Below are positions 30,966 to 39,630 of a stretch of DNA of 58,201 nucleotides, piece after piece. Position numbers and translations under genes: made by a program. Where the stretch lies: positions 1 to 58,201 of the forward strand of contig REGK01000001.1 in the NCBI GenBank assembly GCA_003702545.1. Direction: 5' to 3'. The notes below the pieces were generated by a model. It was given only the letters and a program-made list of their open reading frames with translations. It did no database searches and had not been told where the DNA came from. Numbering within the stretch: the stretch's first letter is position 1; the number at the start of each line of letters is the position of its first letter. This DNA comes from Nitrosopumilus sp. (lineage in GTDB: Archaea; Thermoproteota; Nitrososphaeria; Nitrososphaerales; Nitrosopumilaceae).

Positions 30966-31714
30966 TATTCCAATCCCATCTCCATACTTGTGGTAATAGT
31001 AGTGTCTTCCCATGTGGGAGATTTTGTCCAATCAGTTGAAACAGGAGCTGTTTTGACATCAGCTATACTAACTACAGCTCGTTTTTTCATAGTTACTTTA
31101 ATTCCATCAATTATCGCTTTGGAATCCTCATAGTATAATGAGTTATCAGTTATGGGGAAAATTACTTTACTAACGGTCTGACCAGATGACAGAGTGTTTT
31201 CAATTACAATCTTCATTACTCCCTCAACAAAAGGAATAGAATCACTATAATCAGTAGCCAATGAAACTTCAGCATATTTACAAAGGGTTCCAGTATCAGG
31301 AGAACCATATAGTCCAAATCTTGAGTTCAAGGGATTGCAGGTAATCCAATCAAGTGAATCATGATGAGAGTCATGGATCAAAAATATACCAATTTCAATT
31401 GGGCAGTGCACAAAAATGCTAGCTGCAGAGTTTTCACTAAGATAGATTTCCTTATCAAATTTCAAGAAAACATATCCTGTTCTTCTGGCAGGATGGTTAA
31501 GTGGCCTAATAGGAGCAACTTCAATTTGAATTTGATTGGACTTTACAGGAACCATCTTTTCAACAATTTTTCCCTCAGAATCTTTTCTGAAATATGAAAA
31601 AGCATTTTCTCCAATCCTCTCAATTTTGATCTCAGTGTTTGGAAGTGAGATCTCAAGTAAATCATTTACATCATGTAAACCATATTTGGTGAAAGAATTC
31701 CCAGCATCACTCAT
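30965..31714 (-). CDS. DUF432-like protein
   Basis: PIRPLNHP, PIEIGIF, LYGSPDTGTLCKY; coupled to mscS. Confidence 0.7.
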   Translation of the reverse strand: MSDAGNSFTKYGLHDVNDLLEISLPNTEIKIERIGENAFSYFRKDSEGKIVEKMVPVKSNQIQIEVAPIRPLNHPARRTGYVFLKFDKEIYLSENSAASIFVHCPIEIGIFLIHDSHHDSLDWITCNPLNSRFGLYGSPDTGTLCKYAEVSLATDYSDSIPFVEGVMKIVIENTLSSGQTVSKVIFPITDNSLYYEDSKAIIDGIKVTMKKRAVVSIADVKTAPVSTDWTKSPTWEDTTITTSMEMGLE

Positions 31715-31814
31715 GATTCATTTTTTTACTTGAAATCTAGAATTTATGCTCTCTTATTTGAAGAGATCAAGAAATCGGTTTCAAAAAATTTCGAAAAAAT
31801 AAGAAAATTTAGCA

Positions 31815-33128
31815 TCACTCTAGGTTCAGAGGAATATTTGCACTACCAAAGTCTTCTGCAATTCTAAAGACATAGTCTTTTGAGGAATCATATTCGAATT
31901 CGGTTCCACCATATCCAATGTTTGGACCAAATAGAATGTTAAACTCTCTTGAATCACCAGGGTTTAATACAATTTGTCCACTGGTAAAGTCCATACCAGA
32001 ATATTTGAAGGCCTTTGAGCCATCCCATACATCATATGCACATATTTGGGGACTGGTGCAGTTTAATGCAACAATTTCAGAGCTTGTATTTTCAGCAAGC
32101 ATTCTGAAGGATAAAATCGCTTGACCTGTTGGAGAGATTTTAAATTCGCTTCCATCAGTATTGACTCCCTGCCAATAGTAAGTAATAGGACCTACACTGA
32201 ATTTTTGCGCAGTGGCCTTGTATTCGTATAGTTTAATAGATTTTTTGAGAGGCTTCTCACAGTCTAATCTTTCATAGGCCTTTTTGAATTCAGAGCACTT
32301 TTCAATTTCTGCTTCAATTGCAGCCAATTTTGGATCATTACTTTTCGGTTTAGAAGGTTTTTCTTCGGAGATTTCAGTCAAAGTTGTTGAAATCAATCCC
32401 ATTGACATCAAATGTTGTACACCATTAACAAATTCATTATCTGTAATGATGCCATCTGCCCACCAACCAGCGTTATTCTTTACCCAGGTTGGGACGCCTT
32501 CAGAAGATTCTGCAGAAACAGTTGTTGGAGGAACTTGGATAATTCCATCATTAATTAGAAACTCTATTCCTTTTAGGAAATCAGATTCAGATATAGAACC
32601 ATCTGCCCACCAACCAGCGTTATTCTTTACCCAGGTTGGGACGCCTTCAGAAGTGACTGGTCTAAGACTAGGATCTAGCCCATCTAAAATTTCATCCATG
32701 TTTTGTCCTGAAATTTTTACAACGGCTGCAGAAACGATATCAGAACTATCCCCTGTAGGAAGTGTAGAGTCTATGTATTTTGCATAAAGTACATCTCCAG
32801 GATTTGCAATTAATCGATTCTTTGTGCTTTCTCCAGAATCTGCAACATAAACAGTTCCCTTAAAGATTCCAGTGTAAACACCTGTTTCAACAACTTGTAT
32901 TTCTAATGCTTTTGGTGACGAATCAGACCAGACATATATCATAAACTTGTCAGCAAAATTTGGATATTCTTTTTTATTCATGTCATTATCTTTTACATAG
33001 ATTTCAGCAAAAGAATTACTAGATACAACATCTTGTTTCCAATATATTATTCCAACATTAGAAGATTCAGCATACACTAGGGGAATAGTAAAAAGCAACA
33101 GAGGTAATAGGAAAAAAAGATTTTTCAT
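31815..33128 (-). CDS. Secreted protein with two Trp-rich (VPTWVKNNAGWWADG) repeats
   Basis: Signal peptide; S-layer-like N-domain (VVETGVYTGIFKG); two repeats; C-domain paralogous to 33225-34130. Confidence 0.85.
   Translation of the reverse strand: MKNLFFLLPLLLFTIPLVYAESSNVGIIYWKQDVVSSNSFAEIYVKDNDMNKKEYPNFADKFMIYVWSDSSPKALEIQVVETGVYTGIFKGTVYVADSGESTKNRLIANPGDVLYAKYIDSTLPTGDSSDIVSAAVVKISGQNMDEILDGLDPSLRPVTSEGVPTWVKNNAGWWADGSISESDFLKGIEFLINDGIIQVPPTTVSAESSEGVPTWVKNNAGWWADGIITDNEFVNGVQHLMSMGLISTTLTEISEEKPSKPKSNDPKLAAIEAEIEKCSEFKKAYERLDCEKPLKKSIKLYEYKATAQKFSVGPITYYWQGVNTDGSEFKISPTGQAILSFRMLAENTSSEIVALNCTSPQICAYDVWDGSKAFKYSGMDFTSGQIVLNPGDSREFNILFGPNIGYGGTEFEYDSSKDYVFRIAEDFGSANIPLNLE
32389..32639. 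repeat. 251-bp direct repeat, copy 1
   Basis: Appears identical to 33805-34055 on manual comparison. Confidence 0.9.
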
Positions 33129-33150
33129 TAAATGAATTTCTGTGAATTCA

Positions 33151-33205
33151 TATTTAAAAAAAATAATTTTTGATTCCTAGTGGTAAAATTTCAATAGTGG
33201 TAAAA
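33151..33205 (-). promoter_or_regulatory. TATA box plus two motif copies
   Basis: CTAGTGGTAAAA 33177-33188 and ATAGTGGTAAAA 33194-33205; sense TTAAATA at 33157-33151. Confidence 0.7.
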
Positions 33206-33224
33206 ATGAAAAAGAAAGGAAGGG

Positions 33225-34130
33225 TTATCCCAACCCTAATGGGATGGAGAGACTTCCAAAGGGCTCACTAATTCTGAAGTGATAATCCTTGTTTGGATCA
33301 TACTCAAATGTGGTTCCACCACCCCCAATGTTTGGTCCAAAGAAAAAGTTGAAGAATCTTGGATCATTAGGTTTGAGTACCAATTGAGCACTTGTAAAGT
33401 CCATTTGGGAGTACTTGTAATCATTGCTACCGTTTGAAACATCATAATTACATACTGCAGGTCCAGTACAGTATAATGCCTCATTTTTATCACTACCTGT
33501 GTTTTCAGCTAGGAATCTAAGATAAAGCAAAGCTTGACCTGAAGAAGATATTTCAAAACTGTTTCCCTCAGTATTTAATCCAGACCAATAGTATGTAATT
33601 GGACCAACTTGATATGTTTGAGAGTTGAGTTTGTACTCATAGACTGCAATTTTATTCTCTGCTGCTTTTTCACAATTTAGTCGATCATATGCTTTGTTTA
33701 TTTCAGAACATGCCTCCAGTTCGGATTGATATCTAGATAGTTCTGAATCAGTGTTTTGTAGAGGAGTGGTTTTAACATCTTCTACGGCTTCATTTGAGGC
33801 AACAGAAATCAATCCCATTGACATCAAATGTTGTACACCATTAACAAATTCATTATCTGTAATGATGCCATCTGCCCACCAACCAGCGTTATTCTTTACC
33901 CAGGTTGGGACGCCTTCAGAAGATTCTGCAGAAACAGTTGTTGGAGGAACTTGGATAATTCCATCATTAATTAGAAACTCTATTCCTTTTAGGAAATCAG
34001 ATTCAGATATAGAACCATCTGCCCACCAACCAGCGTTATTCTTTACCCAGGTTGGAACATCAGCATATGCAAAAGACACAGTGGATGCAATTAAGAAAAT
34101 TGTGGCCATTGCAGTTAATTCAGTTTTCAT
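33225..34130 (-). CDS. Secreted protein with two Trp-rich repeats
   Basis: Signal peptide (FAYA-D), two repeats, Cys-containing C-domain paralogous to 31815-33128. Confidence 0.85.
   Translation of the reverse strand: MKTELTAMATIFLIASTVSFAYADVPTWVKNNAGWWADGSISESDFLKGIEFLINDGIIQVPPTTVSAESSEGVPTWVKNNAGWWADGIITDNEFVNGVQHLMSMGLISVASNEAVEDVKTTPLQNTDSELSRYQSELEACSEINKAYDRLNCEKAAENKIAVYEYKLNSQTYQVGPITYYWSGLNTEGNSFEISSSGQALLYLRFLAENTGSDKNEALYCTGPAVCNYDVSNGSNDYKYSQMDFTSAQLVLKPNDPRFFNFFFGPNIGGGGTTFEYDPNKDYHFRISEPFGSLSIPLGLG
33805..34055. repeat. 251-bp direct repeat, copy 2
   Basis: Appears identical to 32389-32639. Confidence 0.9.
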
Positions 34131-34152
34131 TATGGCTATTTTCGTAATATCG

Positions 34153-34251
34153 TATTTAAGCTAGTGCTAAAAATTTTTCTAGTGGTAAAAAATTATGTTT
34201 TTCGGAAAAAATCTAGTGCCAAAAGCATTTCAAGGTAATCTGCCTTATATG
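34153..34251. promoter_or_regulatory. Divergent promoter with three direct motif copies
   Basis: CTAGTGCTAAAA 34161, CTAGTGGTAAAA 34179, CTAGTGCCAAAA 34213; TATA boxes at 34153-34159 (-) and 34245-34251 (+). Confidence 0.75.
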
Positions 34252-34273
34252 CAAACCAAATTTATCTTAAAGA

Positions 34274-34801
34274 GTGAGTGAAAATCAGGAAGTTCTGAGA
34301 GGGCCTAGATTATCTGAACAAGATATCAAAGAATATGTCCTAGAAAGATTCGAAGATGTAAAACAGGGAAAAATCAAAAATCTTGTGTCATTTCAAGCTA
34401 TGAACAAATACATGATCATGGCACATAATCAAGAAGAATTAAAGATCTTAGGAAATATTGTTGCAAGTTATAAAAAAATCTCATTGTTAGACATAATATC
34501 AGAATATGAAGAACATCTAAAGATTGCACTAGAAAAACCACCAACCATAAAATCACATTCAAATGTAATAATGCATATTTTTGGATATTTTTCAAAAAAT
34601 TTCAGTCAACTAGAAAAAGAACAATTTTTCAAATTGTTAAATGATTTCAAAAAAGAAGAAATTACAATTGGAAAAATTTTATCTGAGATTAATCCAGTTA
34701 TTTATCGGTTCAATAGCACATATCTTGCAAGTCAGACATATTTTTTGCTATATTCAGATCCACGTCCAGGAAATTTGTTTCAGATGTTATCTGAAAAGTA
34801 A
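34274..34801 (+). CDS. YbgA/DUF1722 family protein
   Basis: LVSFQAMNKYMIMAH...LGNIVA...HSNVIMHIFGYFS...YLASQTYF pattern. Confidence 0.85.
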   Translation: MSENQEVLRGPRLSEQDIKEYVLERFEDVKQGKIKNLVSFQAMNKYMIMAHNQEELKILGNIVASYKKISLLDIISEYEEHLKIALEKPPTIKSHSNVIMHIFGYFSKNFSQLEKEQFFKLLNDFKKEEITIGKILSEINPVIYRFNSTYLASQTYFLLYSDPRPGNLFQMLSEK

Positions 34802-34803
34802 AG

Positions 34804-35964
34804 TTAGAAAAAGTCGGAGAGGGTTTTTTGTCTCATTAATTTTGAGATATTTCCATGAGAAAGCCATTCAGATTTACTAATACTCATTTTCTCAGATGCC
34901 AAATTCAGAGCATGATCAAAATTATCTGCAATTATAGGGGTTTGTTTCATTGCTTCTCGAATTCCCTCTCGAACCTGCCAAACGCCTACAGGTATTGCAT
35001 ATTCAGGCCGTATTTCTCTAAAAATCAAGACGCCGGATTGAATATTTTTTTCACTCAAGTATTCCAACACACCCAATTTAGCTGCAAAATAGGCTCCTGC
35101 AATAGCAGGTGGATGATCAATGCCCCTAGCATCTTCAAAATCAGAGCCAAATCCCAGAACACCATTCGAATACCAAGATTCAATCATCTCATAAATCCAT
35201 CTATGAGGAAACAAAACTACGGAAAAATGATTTCCCAAATGTTCATATGAAAAAACCTTGTGTGAATCGATTAAATCACAATCAAGTATTTCACCTAGAA
35301 GCGAGTTTGAGATAATATCATCAGTTGCAGTAATGCTCCACTTGGTTGGAACAAGTTTACGTTTTTGGCCAAGCATTCCAATACTAAAACATTTTTGAAT
35401 TTTTGAAATATCAATTCCAGAGTTGTACAAATTCATAACTGCATCTTGTGCCTTCAAATCTTTGTCATAGAAGGCCTTTTCAATTGATTTTACAGAAGAA
35501 TTTCCAGAGAATTTAGCAGATTTTATTTCTCCAACAGGACCAAAAGGGGCACTTTCACCATCTAGAGAAATATTAGAAGAAACAGATTTTTCAAAAATCA
35601 AATCAGAATCAGTAGGTTTTGATGACATTGTAACTTCTTGAAGATTTTCAATGTAACGTCCGTCTGTTTGATCAATAGATAATTTTTGAGTTCCACGAAC
35701 TAAATTCAATCTAAAGTTTATAATTTCCTCCAAAGATTTTCCTTTCCATTTTTCAGGACTATCAAGTAAGCTAGTGTCACCATGAATCGGGGGAACCATA
35801 GGACCAACAAAGACTTTTGGATAATTATACGACCCAACAAATACAGAGGGAGGACTGGTTCCACTAATTGAATCAGAGGAAAACAAATTTCCATATTTTG
35901 ATAATGTCTCATGCCATTTTGTTAAAATTGAACGACGAATATCTTGTGAATCTGAAGACATCAA
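34804..35964 (-). CDS. nreA: Nre family PCNA-interacting DNA repair protein
   Basis: SPPSVFVGSYNYPKV.VGP, RKLVPTKWSITATD, PVGVWQVRE; C-terminal PIP box QKTLSDFF. Confidence 0.9.
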   Translation of the reverse strand: MMSSDSQDIRRSILTKWHETLSKYGNLFSSDSISGTSPPSVFVGSYNYPKVFVGPMVPPIHGDTSLLDSPEKWKGKSLEEIINFRLNLVRGTQKLSIDQTDGRYIENLQEVTMSSKPTDSDLIFEKSVSSNISLDGESAPFGPVGEIKSAKFSGNSSVKSIEKAFYDKDLKAQDAVMNLYNSGIDISKIQKCFSIGMLGQKRKLVPTKWSITATDDIISNSLLGEILDCDLIDSHKVFSYEHLGNHFSVVLFPHRWIYEMIESWYSNGVLGFGSDFEDARGIDHPPAIAGAYFAAKLGVLEYLSEKNIQSGVLIFREIRPEYAIPVGVWQVREGIREAMKQTPIIADNFDHALNLASEKMSISKSEWLSHGNISKLMRQKTLSDFF

Positions 35965-36054
35965 AATTCATGTCTAATTTGTGCCTAATAACTTGACTAA
36001 TTATCGAAGTTGACGGGAGGTAAACACAAGTATTCCCACATAACTAGAATATTT

Positions 36055-36978
36055 ATGACAATAAACAGAATTGTTTCATTCTTACCAAGTGCAACAGAAT
36101 TACTATATGAATTTGGAGTTCAAGACAAGATATACGGAGTTACACATGAATGTAAATTTCCTACTGAAGCAATTTCAAAACCACAAGTAATCAATTCAGT
36201 GATAGATTCGGATAAATTATCAAGTAATGAGATCAATACACAGACATGTCAATTACTGAACGAAGGAAAAGACATTTTCATTTTAAATGAAAAAAATCTA
36301 AAGGATGCGAATCCAGATCTAATAATCTCTCAGGAGACATGTGAGGTATGTGCGGCATATACCAATCAGATCAGCAAAGCACTACAAATTCTTGATAAAA
36401 AACCAATTATTCATTCAATGGATCCACATAACGTATCAGAAATCTTAGATTCGGTAATCAAACTAGGTAAAATTTTAGAAAAAGATAGCAAAGCAAAAAT
36501 GATTTCAGATTTGTTGAAAAAAAGAATTCAGAAGATACAAAATGTGAGACATAGTAACATTCCAAAAATTCTGGCAATAGAATGGATAGATCCTTTTTTT
36601 ACAGCAGGTCATTGGGTTCCAGAAATGATAGAAATTGCAGGAGGCAAAAATATGATAAGCAATACAGGAGAGCATTCAAGACGTATGGATTTTGATGAGA
36701 TTACAGAATCAGATGCAGATATCATAATTCTCATGCCATGTGGATTTGACACAAAGCGTACAATTTCAGAATACAAGAACATATTAGAAAAAAATGACAG
36801 ATGGAACAAACTCAGAGCAGTAGAAAACAAGGCTGTTTTTGCAGTCGATGCAAATTCATTTTTTAGCAAACCCAGTATTAGAACTATTGAAGGAATAGAG
36901 ATACTTGCAAAAATAATTCACCAAGAAAAATTTGAAGAAGTTAATGTTTCAGAAAATTCTTTTGCAAGCCTTTATTGA
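36055..36978 (+). CDS. BtuF-like cobalamin/iron-siderophore substrate-binding protein
   Basis: RIVSFLPSATE, GVTHEC, QETCEVCA, EWIDPFFTAGHWVPEMI, MPCGF; start set at ATG 36055; no signal peptide visible. Confidence 0.85.
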   Translation: MTINRIVSFLPSATELLYEFGVQDKIYGVTHECKFPTEAISKPQVINSVIDSDKLSSNEINTQTCQLLNEGKDIFILNEKNLKDANPDLIISQETCEVCAAYTNQISKALQILDKKPIIHSMDPHNVSEILDSVIKLGKILEKDSKAKMISDLLKKRIQKIQNVRHSNIPKILAIEWIDPFFTAGHWVPEMIEIAGGKNMISNTGEHSRRMDFDEITESDADIIILMPCGFDTKRTISEYKNILEKNDRWNKLRAVENKAVFAVDANSFFSKPSIRTIEGIEILAKIIHQEKFEEVNVSENSFASLY

Positions 36979-36987
36979 AAAATTCAA

Positions 36988-38367
36988 TCAAATTGGTTTA
37001 CCTTTGTACTGGTAATCAATTACTTTGTGGAATAAATTATGAGATGCTACAACAGTTAATGTAACTACAAACATTCCAACAAAATTCCTTATTGTCATTA
37101 ATTCATTTGGAGTATTAGCTATCAATGAAGTTTCAAATAACACATAATAGTTATCAAATAACCAAAATGCCAAAGTAATCCAAGACAAGATACCGGCTAT
37201 CAAATAACCCAGACGAGTTTTATTGTGAATTAGTATTATTGAAAACCCAATTGCAAGATACCAAATGGTAGAACAGATTAACCATAAAGGTTCATAGACA
37301 TCAGGTCTATCATCTAACCAATAGTAACTTGAACCAATAACAGCTAATGTAAATAGAGAAACTTGAATTAATTTTTGGTTAATTTTGAATCCAGTTTTTT
37401 CTTCTCGTTGTTGCATTTGAGGAGGATTTGATTTCATTTCTTTTGTTGCAGTATCAATTGCCTCACGCACAGACTTTAGACGAATAGGAATAATTTTTGT
37501 TATGGAATTATCAGTGATGACGGCATTGTGAACCAAACTATCAATTAAAGGCCTTGCAAGAGAAGCTTGTACAGGTGTAACTAGATCAACCCAATAAGAC
37601 GACAATCTAGTAGTCAGAAATGGAATTTGAATGACGAAAAGATTTTTGTTCAGATATGCAGAATAAACACGCATTAATTCCCCATAAGTCATTTTGTCAG
37701 GACCACCAATCTCAAAAATTTTGCCCATGGTTTCAGGTTTTGAAAGAGATTTGATTAGATATTCAATAACATCATCTATTGCAATTGGTTGAGTCAGGGA
37801 CATTACCCAGGAAGGACACACCATAACACTCAATCTTTCTACAAGATAACGAAGCATGGTATAAGATCCACCTTTTGCGCCAATGATTATAGAAGCCCTA
37901 AATTCAGTTACAGGTATACTTCCAGATGCAAGAATTTCACCAACTTCCTTTCTACTGCGCATATGAGGAGATAAATCTAAACTATCATTAACCAATCCGC
38001 CTAAATAGATAATTCGTTTCACACCAGTTTCAGTTGCAGCTCTGAGAAAGTTTTGAGCTTGTATTCTTTCTCTTGCAGCAAATTTTTGCCAATCTTCTTT
38101 ATGACCCTCCATAGAATGCAATAAATAAAATGCAGTGTCAATACCAGACATTGCATTTTTCAATTCATCAAAATTGAAAACATCTGCTTTAACATATTTA
38201 GTATTTTCATTATTAGGTAATTCTTTTCTACTCAGTCCTTTTACTGTATAACCTGATGAAACAAGAGAAGAAATTAATTTTGAACCTATAAAACCAGTTG
38301 CCCCAGTAACCAAAATCGAAAAAGGTTTGTAATGAGAGGCTTTAGATTCAGAAATCAATTGTTTCAT
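36988..38367 (-). CDS. YbjT-like atypical SDR/NAD(P)-binding protein with a C-terminal membrane domain
   Basis: LVTGATGFIG, YLLHSM, IIYLGGL, SPHMRSR, RASIIIG; about four TM helices at the C-terminus. Confidence 0.85.
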   Translation of the reverse strand: MKQLISESKASHYKPFSILVTGATGFIGSKLISSLVSSGYTVKGLSRKELPNNENTKYVKADVFNFDELKNAMSGIDTAFYLLHSMEGHKEDWQKFAARERIQAQNFLRAATETGVKRIIYLGGLVNDSLDLSPHMRSRKEVGEILASGSIPVTEFRASIIIGAKGGSYTMLRYLVERLSVMVCPSWVMSLTQPIAIDDVIEYLIKSLSKPETMGKIFEIGGPDKMTYGELMRVYSAYLNKNLFVIQIPFLTTRLSSYWVDLVTPVQASLARPLIDSLVHNAVITDNSITKIIPIRLKSVREAIDTATKEMKSNPPQMQQREEKTGFKINQKLIQVSLFTLAVIGSSYYWLDDRPDVYEPLWLICSTIWYLAIGFSIILIHNKTRLGYLIAGILSWITLAFWLFDNYYVLFETSLIANTPNELMTIRNFVGMFVVTLTVVASHNLFHKVIDYQYKGKPI

Positions 38368-38574
38368 TTATGATATAGCTCCCATCAGTTCTTGCTTTTG
38401 TTTTTCTTTTTTCACTTTGATGCCTAAACCAATTGTTATGCCGCCCATGGCTAACCAAAGATAGCCCCCAGTAGTGAATGCGGAATGTAGTGACACATCA
38501 GAATATTGTGCAGTTAAAAATCCACCACCAAGACCAAGTAAGGCAATACCTGCAAAAAGAATTGTTTTGTCCAT
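38368..38574 (-). CDS. Small 2-TM membrane protein
   Basis: MDKTILFAGIALLGLGGG...; AAGGAGA upstream; abuts the SDR gene. Confidence 0.7.
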   Translation of the reverse strand: MDKTILFAGIALLGLGGGFLTAQYSDVSLHSAFTTGGYLWLAMGGITIGLGIKVKKEKQKQELMGAIS

Positions 38575-38630
38575 TAGACATATCTCCTTTCTTGATGTAT
38601 TTTGTGCATGAATAATTTTTGCTTCAATAT

Positions 38631-38778
38631 TATTTAACATGGTTCTAATTTTTCCTGCTAGTGCTAAATTATCATGTTTTGCCTACAATGTAGGAACAAA
38701 AAATCTCAAGAGTGGAGCATAAATGGCAGTTTAGCACTAGCCAAAGTAGTTAGCATTAGTTATATAATATACCACTAA
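38631..38778. promoter_or_regulatory. Divergent promoter of the regulator with four motif copies
   Basis: CTAGTGCTAAA 38658; TTAGCACTAG 38731, TTAGCATTAG 38750 and ATACCACTAA 38769 (19-bp period) straddling TTATATA at 38760. Confidence 0.75.
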
Positions 38779-38786
38779 AATTAGTC

Positions 38787-39629
38787 ATGGTCTACATACG
38801 CGCAAAGAAAGTAAAATCTGATCAATATCTCTATCTAGTGAAAAGCGTGTGGGATTCAAAAAAGAGTACATCAAAACAAGAAATCATCAAATATCTTGGA
38901 AAAGCATCTGAGGTTGTCAAAGAGGACATTCCAATAGACTATAGAAATGATGCTAAAGTACTATCAGTATTAGCATCGTACAATCCAGAAGATATCAAGA
39001 AAAGAGAGGACGTTGCAAAGAAATCAAAGCAGCAACTATACAAAAAATTAACTGAAGGAAACATTCAAGATTGTATAAAAATCTATGAAGAGCATATCAA
39101 AATTTTTAGTTCCTCAAATTTCTTTGATAAAATTCTAAAACCTACAATGCATAGAATTGGAGATGAATGGTCTAAAGGTAAAATGAGTATAGCTACAGAA
39201 CATGTTGCAAGCAATATTGCTCAAACACTTGTAAAAATAATAATGGACCAGGTATCAGCGAAAGGTAATAAGAAGAAAGTTCTCATATGTGTTCCATTAG
39301 GAGAAGAGCATCATTTGGGATGTGACGTCTTGGAGACATATCTATCAATCAAAGGATTCAAAATTTTTAATATGGGGACGTCAATCCCAACAGAATCAAT
39401 TCTTAGTTTCATTGACAACAATAAACCAGATGTAGTATTGGTGTCAATTACATTAGAAGACAATCTGTCAGCAGGCCAAAGACTAGTTAAGAAAATAAAA
39501 GATCATGTAGACATTCCAGTGTTAGTTGGAGGATACGCCCTTCAAGCAAAGAAGATTCCAAAATTTGCAGGTCAGTTAATTCCAGATTGTGGTCTTGAAG
39601 AAGTTCCTAAAATTTTAAGAAAAGTTTAA
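38787..39629 (+). CDS. Cobalamin-binding regulator with CarH/LitR-type photosensor signature and a non-MerR N-terminal domain
   Basis: Helical cap W-SKGKMSIAT-EH (W-x9-EH); Rossmann B12 domain GEEHHLG (ExHxxG), SIT, VGG; basic beta-rich N-terminus. Confidence 0.85.
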   Translation: MVYIRAKKVKSDQYLYLVKSVWDSKKSTSKQEIIKYLGKASEVVKEDIPIDYRNDAKVLSVLASYNPEDIKKREDVAKKSKQQLYKKLTEGNIQDCIKIYEEHIKIFSSSNFFDKILKPTMHRIGDEWSKGKMSIATEHVASNIAQTLVKIIMDQVSAKGNKKKVLICVPLGEEHHLGCDVLETYLSIKGFKIFNMGTSIPTESILSFIDNNKPDVVLVSITLEDNLSAGQRLVKKIKDHVDIPVLVGGYALQAKKIPKFAGQLIPDCGLEEVPKILRKV

Positions 39630-39630
39630 T

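Noticed and set aside
33177-34224. Short direct repeats as a CRISPR array or transposon ends
   Set aside because: Units are only 10-12 bp, have no unique 30-40-bp spacers, no cas or transposase gene is nearby, and they track TATA boxes.
35990-36055. Possible cobalamin riboswitch upstream of the BtuF-like gene
   Set aside because: The intergenic space is under 100 nt and I see no B12-box consensus; an Infernal/Rfam search would settle it.
38787-38910. IS1634-like N-terminus as an insertion sequence
   Set aside because: No DDE domain, terminal inverted repeats or target duplication; the segment is fused in frame to a B12-binding domain.
38787-39629. Methanogen-type corrinoid methyltransferase protein
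   Set aside because: Has ExHxxG plus W-x9-EH and a basic N-terminal extension, and no partner methyltransferase is adjacent; a sensor fits better, though unproven.
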